DNA from: Saprolegnia diclina VS20
Lineage: Eukaryota
Assembly (NCBI RefSeq): GCF_000281045.1
Contig: NW_008246079.1
Location: forward strand, 177,283-223,598
Reading direction: 5' to 3'
DNA length: 46,316 nt
Of this stretch, positions 1-11,353 are shown in pieces. How positions within the stretch are numbered: position 1 is the first letter of the stretch; the number at the start of each line of letters is the position of its first letter. The notes beneath the pieces were generated by a model. That model did not search any database. It had not been told where the DNA came from and saw only the letters and a list, made by a program, of their open reading frames with translations. A program made the position numbers and the translations under genes.

Positions 1-402
1 GAAGAAGTACCACACGGTTGTCGGCACCGCCAAGACGGTGATCAAGATGAGCGCCATTTGCAGCCAGATGCCCATGAGGAGGTAGTTTTTGGCGCCGTAC
101 GCTTGACCGCAGAGCTACATCAAGGCGAATTGAGATGAATGATGATGTTGTGACGGACTGACTCATACCGGAATCAGAGCCGCGGCCATGCCCCAGACGG
201 TGCAGAGCGGAAGCTCGACCCAGAGCGTCGCGAGCGCCGAGCCCGCGAGCTCGTTTGTGCCAATGTGTCCGAGGAACGCGTTGTCGATGATTAGGATGGC
301 TAGCCGCGCCAAGTTGCTGATGATAAGCTGTAGCGACAAGCCTAGGAGCGGGAGCAGCTCCGAGCGGAGGCGAAAGACGTCGGGCTTTTCGCCTGTCGTC
401 AT
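1..402 (-). CDS. MATE family efflux transporter, copy 1 (5' part; 3' end runs off the window)
   Basis: Exon 1 402-169 encodes MTTGEKPDVF...IDNAFLGHIG...ELAGSALA. A GT..AG intron (168-115) is followed by LCGQAYGAKNY, the eukaryotic MATE signature. The intron position is shared by all five paralogues. Confidence 0.9.
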
Positions 403-415
403 TGGCGTCGTGCAG

Positions 416-431
416 AAATTGAAAAATGAGC
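416..431 (-). promoter_or_regulatory. Oomycete Inr-FPR core promoter element
   Basis: The minus strand reads GCTCATTTTTCAATTT, matching the oomycete consensus GCTCATTYYNCAWTTT and ending 13 nt before the MATE1 ATG. Confidence 0.75.
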
Positions 432-763
432 CAAGTACCGTGCGGGTTCGATTTCGTCTGAGGACGCGAGTTAGCTCTGGAAGACAACGCGTGTACGATC
501 AACGAAATTGTGGTTGGTCGTCGTGATCGCACGTGGTTGCTGGGCAATGCTCTATTGCATACTAGTATAGAATTGGTGGGCTTCGTTTGAGTATGGGAAA
601 TACCGTCGCTGGACGTCCAAGCGCTGCTGGAGCGTCGACGTCGCGGGGTCTGGCAAAGTAATCAGTGGTACATTTTTTGTGCACGTCGAGTTCGAACATC
701 TATGTACCCTTACTTATATCGTCCAGGATACAGCGACGGTGAAGTCATCAGTGACACATCAAA

Positions 764-2327
764 CTAGATTAAAGAGAGGTGGTAGCAATGTTTGTCATCG
801 TTCCTTGAGTTCATCTCGGGCGACTCGAGCACGTAAATAAAGTTGCTGCGGTCGTCGTCGTCAATGTCGGTACTCGAGATTTTGGCGCCCGGCACTTCCG
901 AGATTTCCATGGCCTCGGCCGCCATTTTTTGCCAGTCGATCCGACGAAACCGAAGCATTAGGATGAGAACCTTGATGCCAATGGCGATCGAGGACCCGAT
1001 CCACACGCCCCAAAGCCCCAGATCTTTCGCATTGCCAAAGTAGTAGGCTAATGGCAGCTGGACGCCCCAGAGACCGACGATCGTCACGATCATGACAAAG
1101 CCCATTTGACCCATGCCCATAAACGACGTGATGAAGCCCATCTCGAGCGCTCGCAAGCTCGCGGCAGCAACATACAGTGAGAGGACGTTTGTGTAGAGGG
1201 CGACGATTCGCTCGTCAGTCGTAAAGATGCCGACAACACTGCGCCGACCAAACCACAGCACGCAAGCGACAATGACAACAACGCACGCCAGAGCTGCAAA
1301 TCCGAGGTATGCACGGGCGCGGGCGGCGCGCGGTCGACCTTCGCCAAGGTGCTCGGCCAGACCGACCTCAGCAGCCAAACCGATGCCAATAAAAATGGCA
1401 TTGACCATCGTCCAGACGCTGCTCAAGACCGCGTTGGTGGCAATGACGTTAGCGCCCATCTTGGCAACGACAAACGAGAGCGCCGCGGCGCCGAGCAAGT
1501 CACAGCTGTCGTTGAGGCCCAGAGGCAGCGCCATGCGGAAGAACGTCTTCCAGCGAGACCACGTCAGCTCCGAGAGCTTCCAGCCGCCCCACGCCCCCCG
1601 ATGGTACTTCTTGTAGACGAATGCATAGAGGAAGAGCGCGATCGGCTGGAACCACGCAGCAATGACGGTGGCGAGCGGTGATCCGTCAAAGCCGAGGCCG
1701 TGCCAGTTGCCGGCACCATAAATAAGAAATTAGTTGGCACCGACGTCGATGCCGATGCAGACGATGCCGTTGATAGTGGTGGGCAAGACAACACCCATGG
1801 CTTGGAGGTACTGACGCAAACAGACGTACGCGAGGAGCGGCCAAATGCTTGGCGACAAGAGCTGCGCAAAGCGAGCGCCGAGCTCGATGATGACTGCGTC
1901 GTCGGTCGTGAGACGCAAGATACCGTCGACGTAGAGAAAATACACAGTCGTCGGTACAGCGAGGATCGATATCAGAATGAGCGTCATTTGCAGCCAGATG
2001 CCCATGAGAGCGTAGTTTTTCGTGCCGTACGCTTGGCCACAAAGCTACAGCAAACTGGATCTGAGAACTTGATACCACAAAAGATCGATGCAAGTACCGC
2101 TATTTGGGCCGAGGCCATTCCCCAGACGGTGAAGAGGGGAAACTCGGTCCAGAGCGTCGCGAGCGCCGAGCCCGCGAGCTCACTCGTGCCGAGGTGCCCA
2201 AGAAACGCGCTGTCGATGACCATGAGGGCAAGCCGCGCCATGTTGCTGATCTCGAGCTGAAGTGCAAAAATTAGAAACGCAGCTCCGACCGGAGGTGAAA
2301 GACGTCTTCGCCCAGCTCCGCACTCAT
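764..2327 (-). pseudogene. MATE transporter copy 2, disrupted (frameshift plus in-frame stop)
   Basis: ATG 2327 gives MSAELGEDVFHLRSEL (homologous to DVFRLRSEL of copy 1), then the frame shifts near 2279 into FLIFALQLEISNMARL. The intron is 2097-2045. An in-frame TAA at 1732-1730 reads GAN*FLIYGAG where copy 3 has GANYLLIY. The frame then stays open to the stop at 764. Confidence 0.85.
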
Positions 2328-3417
2328 CTTCCAGAGGCAATTCGAAAATGGTCGCCTTGAGAACATGGTTCTTGTCGAGGGAGAATGGGTCTTGTCGAAC
2401 GAGAGCCATGGGCAACATCCATACTGCAATCAGTGAACCACACGTCACATCTTGGTGATGACAACCGGCGCGTCATCGCACGTGCTTGGGGCTATGAGCC
2501 ATTCGCTTTCAAAACGTATGATGGCGTCAAGGACCGGGTCATACGAGCAGCGTTGGAGTGTACCCTCGGATAAGTTTCAAATCTTAGGATGGGAGGTGAT
2601 AGCTTAGGATCAATATGCATTGCCTAGACTATGTCGTGAATTGTGCAGTACGTTGGAGACGCTGGTGCAATGTCCAGTAGACCTCAACACGACATTCTCG
2701 ATTGCTAACCATGAAAAAACGATCACACCAAGTTAAAATTCAATTATGTTGGTGCACAAAACGTCTCTCGGCAGGTTGGTGCAGACAACGTGACGACCCA
2801 AAAATCAGGACCTTTTGCCATATGTATGACTTTTGCTTCAAGTTTTAGAGTCCTCCACAACCCGAGCACTCGACAACAGATATCCATCACAGAGGATGAC
2901 CGAGTGCATTGACCCTTGTTGCAACCACCAGCGAGACCTCAACATAGAACGTCAATCAAAAGGTAGTTTTGCGCGGGACGCGTGAAGCTGTGTGATTTGA
3001 CCACGGTCATGCAAGTGCGCCATCTTCAGCCGTTGCCCGAACCACAGTTCCCGTTTAGCAGGCAGCAACTGTCAACGTCGAAGACACGGTCCAAGCTCAT
3101 TTCCAATACAGCAATGCAGCGTTAACCCTCCGCTGGCCACCTCCTAGGTCGTGAAAGACCGTTCGTACACGGCGCTTGGAGTGACGTGGGGCATCATGTC
3201 CGAGCGACGCCAGAATCCATATATCGCGTCTCACGTAACCAATGACAAGCTATCGCCTCGCTTCACAACCAGACAACAGCGATTTCTCAGCCGACCTCAA
3301 CTGTCGGTGGCACGATCCTGCACCACGTGACTTCTGTGCTCGCACGCTGTATGAGAGCAGGTCTGCGCACAACAAATCGCCATCATGGTGTGTCCTTCAG
3401 GCTGCAATCGACCGGCG

Positions 3418-5006
3418 ATGCGCCACTGCGACGCCAGTAGCGTCTCGAGTGATGTCTTTTGTGCCCGAAAAGAGATACTTCCCTTCCTAGCGTTTGCCGC
3501 TCAGCTCATGATCTCCAACTTGGCTCGACTCGCGCTCACCGTCGTCGACAGCGCGTTCGTCGGGCACCTCGGTACCACCGAGCTCGCAGCGGCCTCCCTC
3601 GCCAGTCTCTGGACGCAATGCGTTCTCTACACCGTCACCGCCATGGCCTCGGCGCTTGTCGCGGTATGTCCATTCTTGTTGCAAAAGGCGTCACCGGATG
3701 CATAGCTTTGTGGTCAAGCGTACGGCGCCAAGAACTACCTCCTCATGGGCGTCTGGCTTCAAATGGCTCTTCTTCTTATCGCGGTGCTCATGCCCCCCAC
3801 GCTCTACTGGTACTGGTCCATCGACGTCGTCGTGCAGCACGCAACCGACGATGCAGCGATTGTCGCGCTCGGCTCCCGTTTTGGACGCATTTTATCGGCA
3901 AGTGCCTGGCCGTTGCTGGTGTACGTCTGCCTATGCCAGTACCTCCAAGCTCTGGGCGTTGTCACCCCCACGACCATCAACGGCATCGTCTGCATCGGTA
4001 TTGATGTCGGAGCCAACTACCTCCTCATCTACACGGCGGGCCTTGGCTTTGATGGGTCGCCACTGGCTACTGTCATTGCAGCGTGGTTCCAGCCGATCGC
4101 GCTCTTCCTCTATGCATTCGTCTACAAGAAGTACCATCGCGGGGCGTGGGGCGGCTGGAAGCTCTCGGAGCTCACGTGGTCTCGCTGGAAGACGTTCTTC
4201 CGCATGGCGCTGCCCCTCGGCCTCAACGACGGCTGCACCTTCTTGTACTTGGCCGTGCTATCTCTTATCGTCGCCACGCTCGGGTCGGACGCGATCGCTG
4301 CCAACGCCATCTTCTCCAACCTCTGGGTCCTCCTGCAAGAACTCTACTACAGCATCGGATGTGCGGCCGAAGTTCGCATTGCTGCGCACTTGGGTGGACG
4401 TCGCCCGACATCGGCCAAGGCGACTGCGTTCATGGCTGTCAGTGTCGCAACCAGTGTCGCCGCCCTAGTCGCTATCGGTTTCTTCGTCGGTGCTCGGGGC
4501 GTCATCGGCATTTTCACGAGCAATGACGCGCTCCTTGCACTGTGCATCGACGCGCTGCCGCTGTACATTGGCGCGTCACTCATGCTAGCGGTCGAGACCG
4601 TCCTTTCGTGTACTCTCGAAGGCATGGGTCAGATGGGCTTTGTCTCGGTCGTGACGCTCCTCGACTCTGGGGCGTCCAGCTCCCACTGGCCTACTACTTT
4701 GGTATCACAAACAACCTCGGTCTCTCGGGGGTCTGGCTCGGCTGCTGCGTCGGCGGTGGCGCCAAGACGGTCGTCTTTGCCATCAAGCTCGCCACGGTGC
4801 AGTGGTCCGACATGGTAACGGGCGCCCTAGTCGCCATGGAAATCGTCGGCGGCGACGACGCAAGCGAAAGTAAGCGCTCGACACTGCCAGTCTTGTGCGA
4901 CCCAGAGTGCAGTTTTGTGTGTATGCTGACATCACCCATAGCCCACGAACCATCTTGGTACTCGCATGACCATCGCGGCGGCAGTGTCGCCTTGACGTTA
5001 ATATAA
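3418..5006 (+). pseudogene. MATE transporter copy 3 with a 1-nt frameshift (pseudogene or assembly error)
   Basis: Exon 1 is 3418-3663, intron 3664-3705, then LCGQAYGAKNY. Near 4663 CTCGACTCTGG lacks one base relative to LL-G-LWGVQLPLAYYF. The conserved C-terminus continues in the 4542-5006 frame. Confidence 0.8.
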
Positions 5007-5267
5007 CCGTCATACATATTGCTACAATATTGTCGTGCACGGCGTTTCGGCACGTCGACTGCAAAGCCAACCAACCGCAGCCAAGCGGAATCAAATGATT
5101 TTATGGACCTTTGGCCGATGCAGCGTGTCACGAGCTACCACTGAATATAGAGAAAAGGTGCAGTCACAGTGCAGTGCGCCCACACCTTTCGGCTCAGAGA
5201 TAAATGTACACCACCTTGAACTAACTCGTCGGTTTTGCCTGTGCGCAGCATCGATCAATTTTGTGCA

Positions 5268-5385
5268 TTAGTCCATGAGTTAGTATATGAGTCCATGAGT
5301 TAGTGCATAAGTCCCTTGCTAGTACATTAGTACATTAGTAAGTATACTAGTCTATGCGCTATTACATTAGTATATTCGTTAGTTG
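5268..5385. repeat. AT-rich degenerate tandem repeat built from TAGT/ACATTAGT/GTCCATGAGTTAGT units
   Basis: GTCCATGAGTTAGT occurs twice, ACATTAGT three times, and TAGT many times within about 120 bp. Confidence 0.6.
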
Positions 5386-6149
5386 GTACGGCATTGCAAC
5401 GATAGTTGTTTTGGAACATCCTGGGTGTACCGCTCGACGACGTTGGAAGAGCCCCGTCTACCTTGCGTCATTTATTGCACCCACGAGCGCCAACGAGTGG
5501 TTCAGAACCAGTCTTTTGTGCGCCATCGACTCCGAGACCGCCTTGCTTTGCTTGCTGGGAGGCTACTTTATGTGTACAGTCGTGGCCTTTCTGCTTCGAG
5601 TCCCACGTGCAGCCTCGACTGTCTACGGTGGCGAACTGGATCCCAGTGCAAAATACAATGACACCAAGGCGCAGGGACACCAGACGTGGTAGTGGGTTCC
5701 CTTTATCCAACCACCCATGCCTCTACGACTTGTAGTACAGCAAATTGCAGTAGCGAGTCCAAGCGCGCGATCGATCTCTGGTCTCTTGTCTTGTTCCGGC
5801 CTTGCTTGTCAAAGGCACTGCAGTTTTTCGCGTCAAATATCATCCGTCAACGGCCATCTGCAAACAGCTGGCGTTTGCTCGCTCAAGATGAGCTCGCGGG
5901 CTGTACGATCGTCAACGACGATGCATAAAATGCGCCGCTTGTACTCTGATGTAATGCCGATCGGCGTTTTGGGTGCTTGGAGCAGGAGCACTGCCTCGCA
6001 TCTGAGCCATCCTACCTCCTGGTGCGCCGCTTGGAGGGCGCGATTACACCCCCCGTCCCACTCTGCATCTGGTTGCACGGACCAGACGCACTGTCGCAGG
6101 ATGGTGTCGCGACCACGGAAACTTCCAAGGCCTCACTTTTCCTTTGGCC

Positions 6150-7729
6150 ATGTCGAGCGTTCTCGAGTCCAAGCCGCTGCTGGCCAAGCCCACCGACACG
6201 TTCGTGCTGAAGCGCGAGCTCGGTCCCTACATCTCGCTCGCGCTGCAGATGGCGCTCGCCAACGTGGCGCGCATTGCGCTCATCTCGATCGACTCGGCTT
6301 TTCTTGGGCACCTCGGCACGGACGCGCTCGCTGGCTCGTCGCTCGCGACGATTTGGACCCAAGTGCCGCTCAACTGCGTCTGGGCCATGGCCTCGGCCCT
6401 CATCACGGTGCGTCTGCCTCCATTGATATGCCATTCGACTCATGAAACGACTGATAGCTCTGCGGTCAAGCGTACGGCGCCAAGAACTACAACCTCATGG
6501 GCATCTGGTTTCAGATGGCGCTCTGCCTCGTGAGCGTGCTCATGGTTCCCGTCTTTGTGTGGTACTGGACGCTTGACGTTGTCCTCTCGCACGCGACCGA
6601 CGACGTTACCATCATTGCGCTTGGTCTCCGCTTCGCCCGGCTCTTGTCCTTCTCGATCTGGCCGAGCCTCGTGTACGTCTGCATGCGCCAGTACCTCCAG
6701 GCGATGAACCTCGTGGCACCCACGACCATCATCGGCACCATGTCGATTGTGATTGCGGTGTTTGCCAACTGGCTGCTCATCTACGGCGCCGGCGAGTGGG
6801 ACGGCCTCGGCTTTGACGGCTCGGCGCTCGCGACTGTCGTTGCCTCTTGGTTCCAACCGGTTGCGTTGTACCTCTATGCGTTCGCGTACCGCGGCTACCA
6901 CAAGCAGGCGTGGGGCGGCTGGCAGCTCTCGGCCTTCACCAAGGACCGGTGGATGACGTTCCTTCGCATGGCGCTGCCGCTCGGTCTCAACGACGGCTTT
7001 ACGACGCTCGCCAACTCGTGCATGTCGCTCATCGCGGCGCAGCTCGGCGCCGAGATCCTTGCGTCGAATGCAATTCTGCTCACGCTCTGGACGCTGGTTT
7101 GGGCGCTCTTCTGGGGCATTGCGTGCTCGACCCAAGTCAAAGTTGCCAACCAGCTCGGGGCGGGCCACCCGAAAGCGGCCCGTGCGTCGAGCCAGCTCGG
7201 TTTCTGCGCCATCATTGTCACGGCCGTGCTCGTGGCCGCATTGACGTACGTGGCCCACACACCGATTCTGAGCATCTACACGAGCGACGCCGTCTTGATT
7301 GACCACTGCGTCGCGGTGCTGCCGCTTTTCGTGCTCGGGTTTGGCCTCGACGCGATCGAGATTACGATCACGGCGGTTCTTGAAGGCATGGGCCAGATGC
7401 CGTTTGTGTCGATGGTGTCGTTCGTCGCCATGTGGCTCGTCCAGCTCCCGATGAGCTACGTGCTCGCGATCCACTTGAACTATGGGTTTGCGGGTCTCTG
7501 GATCGGCATTTGCCTCACGGCCGGCTTCAAGATGATTGTGCTCGCCATCAAGTACGTCACGATCGACTGGGACCTCATGGCGCTCCACGCAATGGAGACG
7601 GTCGAAGCCACGGACGACTGGACCATGTCGGCGACGTGCGCGATTGCGTCGCCTGCGAACGCGCTCTTGACGTCGCAGTCGCCCGGCTTTCACCGCAACA
7701 CGCCGACGAACATCAAGTCAGAAGCGTAG
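6150..7729 (+). CDS. MATE family efflux transporter, copy 4 (intact, about 509 aa)
   Basis: Exon 1 is 6150-6407, intron 6408-6457 (GT..AG), exon 2 6458-7729. Motifs include IDSAFLGHLG, LCGQAYGA, V.NQLGAGHP..A and GLWIG. Inr-like CTCACTTTTCCTTT lies just upstream. Confidence 0.93.
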
Positions 7730-8308
7730 ATTTAGATTTCTCTAGGCCACCTCTACTACAACTACTACATAACTCCTACATACACTTGTGTGTCTCCTGC
7801 GCTGTCTTCGAGACGCTCGTCAGCAAAGCACGGCTGGTGCGCTCATATTACCAAGGTACCGGTAGGCTAGACCATCACTAACCACGGATCCTTACCCAAT
7901 ATGGGCATGTTGTGGACCAATCGTGACGGTCGGAGGGTTGATGGGGTAGTCAACACCGTCGCCGGCTGGGCCGATCCCTCGCTCGCGACTGCAACCAGAT
8001 TGTACATGTACTCGCTAGTGCCTGTGGCTCTCTGACGTCAAGGGGAGCGTAAGAGCGGCGACCCATCAAGCAGGCTCGCTGCATACGTCCTGCTCCAAGT
8101 ACAGCTCGGGCGCCGCGTCGTCGCCGTCCAAAGCGTCCTCGGCCTGTCTAGAGGCCTTCGAATTCGAACACGCAATTCCGCCCTCGGATTGGTCGCCTGA
8201 CCATGAGCGCACCAATCAAACGTTACGAGGATCCCACTTTGCACAAACAATCTCAGTGCGTGTCCCTGCGGTGGCGACCACAGATCCCTCGTACACTGCT
8301 CGACGAGG

Positions 8309-9877
8309 ATGATGGAGCACACGCCGCTGGTGTCCAAGAAGACGACGGATGTCTTTGACCTCCAGCACGAGTTCTGGCCGTACCTCTCGCTCGCCTTCCA
8401 GATGGCGCTCGCCAACATTGCGCGCATCGCGCTCACGTCCATCGACTCGGCCTTCCTCGGCCACCTCGGCACGGGCGCGCTCGCAGGCTCGTCGCTGGCC
8501 ACGATCTGGACCCAAGTGCCGCTCTTTGCCGTCTGGGCCATGGCCTCGGCCCTCGTGACGGTAGGCTCACCCATCCTGCATGTATCTTCACCGCCTGATC
8601 TTGTCGGATAGCTCTGCGGCCAAGCGTTTGGCGCCAAGAACTATGCGCTCATGGGCGTGTGGTTTCAAATGTCATTGATCCTCGTGACGCTTTTGTCCGT
8701 GCCCGTCTTTGTCTGGTACTGGGTCCTCGACGTCGTCCTCTCGCGCGCGACGGACGATCTCGATATCGTTGCGCTCGGGGTCCGCTTTGCGCGTCTCCTC
8801 TCGTTTTCGATTTGGCCGACGCTGGCGTATGCGTGCATGCGCCAGTACCTCCAGGCCATGAACATCGTCGCGCCGACGACGATCATCGGCACGATCGCCA
8901 TCTTCCTTGCGATTGGCGCCAACACGTTCTTCATCTACGGCGCCGGCGAGTGGCACGGCCTCGGCTTTGACGGGTCGGCCATCGCGACCGTCTTTGCGTC
9001 CTGGTTCCAGCCCATTGCACTATTTCTCTATGCCTTTACGTACCGCGGCTACCACAAGATGGCGTGGGACGGCTGGCACTGGTCGGCGTTCACGTCCGAT
9101 CGGTGGCGCACGTTCCTTCGCATGGCTGTGCCCCTCGGCATCAACGACGGCTTGACGACGCTCGCCAACTCGTGCATGTCGCTCATCGCCGCGCAGCTCG
9201 GTGCTCAAGTCCTAGCGTCGAATGCAATTCTGCTCACGCTCTGGGGCATGGTCTGGGCGCTCTTCTGGGGCATTGGCTGCTCGACCCAAGTCAAGGTCGC
9301 GAATCATCTGGGCGCCGGCCACCCGAACGCCGCGCGGGCTGCGAGCCGCCTCGGTTTTGCCACGATCGGTGCCGCGACCGTCCTTGTGGCGCTGGCGACG
9401 TTGCTGGGACGGGACCTCGTGCTCCGCGTCTACACGAGCGATGCCGCGCTCATTGCTATGAGCAACGACGTCCTCCCGCTCTTTGTCCTAGCGTTTTGCC
9501 TCGATGCGCTCGAGATCACGATGACCGCAGTCCTCGACGGCATGGGCCAAATGCCGTTCGTGTCCATGGTTGCGTTCGTCGCCATGTGGGGCATCCAGCT
9601 GCCGTTCGCGTACCTCTTTGCGATCCAGTGGCACTGCGGCTTTGCGGGTCTCTGGTACGGGATTTGCCTCACGGCCGGCTTCAAGCTCGTCGTGCTCACG
9701 GTCAAGTACACGACGATCGACTGGACCCAAATGGCGCAAAACGCCATGGAGGCGATGGAAGCGCCGGACGCGGTCGACTGGACGATGCCACCTCTAGCGA
9801 TCGCGTCGCCAGCCAACGTGCTCTTGACGCCCTCGAATGGATGGGGTCGCACCAAGTCGCACGTCAGTGACATTTAA
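8309..9877 (+). CDS. MATE family efflux transporter, copy 5 (intact, about 505 aa)
   Basis: Exon 1 is 8309-8560, intron 8561-8611, exon 2 8612-9877. It is closely similar to copy 4 throughout. Confidence 0.93.
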
Positions 9878-11353
9878 TCGATTGCAATAGACCAAAGTGT
9901 GAGGACTATCGAATTATAATGTGTGGCATCGACACAAAGCAGCCGAGCGAGATGGCCAGCGCTGGCGCCTGCTGGGCCACGTGTTGCGCAGGCAGTCCCT
10001 GGCAACGCTGCCGCCGCCGGCTTTTTTGCCCCGCCCGTGTTTAGGCCGCACCAAGCTTACGTTGCCGATCGTCCTGCACTGCGACCTCCAATCGTCATGC
10101 ACTGCCTCAGTTGCTGGCGTCTCTCGATGACCTTAGAACCTTAAGAAACTGCGGATGGCGAAGCCTGGAAGGCCTCTACGAAGCGTGTCGTCATACGCAC
10201 TCGCGGTCACAAGCGCACCCAGGCGACTACTCAAGAGCAAGACGAGTGCCCGCGCCGCCGCCTGCGCAAACACAGCCCGGTGAGCGAATGAAGAAGAAGG
10301 AGATTGCTCGTCTCTACGTCTTTTTATGAAGATTATGCAAAACACATAGAGAACGCGCGAAATAAGAAATACCAACAACGTAGAGATGACTACGTGCGCC
10401 CTATTGAACGGCAGGGGACGACGGTCGCTGCTGGATCAGGTTACGATAATGGTCCGCTTGTGGCCTCGTGTTGTATCGAGGGCGTGTATCAATGTATCGC
10501 GGCCATCGCGATCCAACCGATTTTCAGGGTATCGGATTGGCTCTCCTTCTTCAAGCAGCCTTCTGATTGGCTTATAATGTTTGAAATGTTGCGAATTACA
10601 CTATTTAATTGGTGCATCCTTCTCGATACTTGCCTGGCGTTGGCTGTCCGCTTAACGTAGATGGTATCCGGAAAAGCCGAAGCCGGAGGCCATATTTTTG
10701 GTCGGCCGATGGATCGACACCGCTGGTTCGAGCGCCGTCGCCGCCCCGCGCGCCGCTCCCACGTAGCGTAGCCTTCATGCGACCCAAGTAACCCACCGGC
10801 GTAGGTCGAGCCCCGGCCTCGCTTCTGGCCCTGGAGCCCATGGACCGTCGGCGACACTCGACGGTCCGCGATGACGACCCATGCGCCGCCGCCGCCTCGA
10901 CTGACCCGCAAAGAGCGCCTGGCCCTCGCCGGTGTCGCGCACCTGCTACTACTGACGCCTGTGATCTAGGCAGGTCCCTTCACCGAGCCTCCGTGCCCCA
11001 CGCCACCAAGCCTCCGTGGACTCCCGGCGCAAAGGGGTTAACAACACACCAACATGCAAGTCCTTGTGCGTCAAGAGGCTCTACTGCATGTGCTGCTCGC
11101 CAAACGCTTTGATCTGCGCGTTTGATGCTACTCGGCTCTCTCCAGGCACGCGGCCATGGCGTCGGATGCTCGGCGTCATCAAGCCAAGCAACGCGTCCAG
11201 GGTTGATCGTCAGTGCCCAAGCGGCGGGTCTCGTCGAGCGAGTGGATGCTTCCGCTTCCGAGTGATCGACTCGTCTTGATGACTTTAAAATCGCCGAGGA
11301 GCACGCGAGGTCGAACGCAGCGATAGGTTTATATAACGATGTATGTCCCTCCA

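Noticed and set aside
1730..1732. Stop-codon readthrough or an alternative genetic code at the in-frame TAA
   Set aside because: TAA terminates several intact genes here (e.g. MATE5, trypsins, panE), and the same copy also has a frameshift.
5268..5385. CRISPR-like array
   Set aside because: The context is eukaryotic, the units are short and irregular, and there are no unique spacers or cas genes.
5354..5930. Short ORFs between MATE3 and MATE4, including a kinase-like AIDLWSL
   Set aside because: An isolated motif with no other kinase subdomains and no host codon bias.
6440..7693. Long antisense or alternate-frame ORFs over genes (e.g. 6440-7693, 11615-12874, 12102-13394, 19268-20290, 31515-32609)
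   Set aside because: These are expected shadows of strong GC3 codon bias. They are Arg/Ala-rich and have no recognisable motifs.
7800..8150. Minus-strand DYPINPPTV, reminiscent of the RWD/UBC YPxxPP motif
   Set aside because: No coherent reading frame or splice model could be built.
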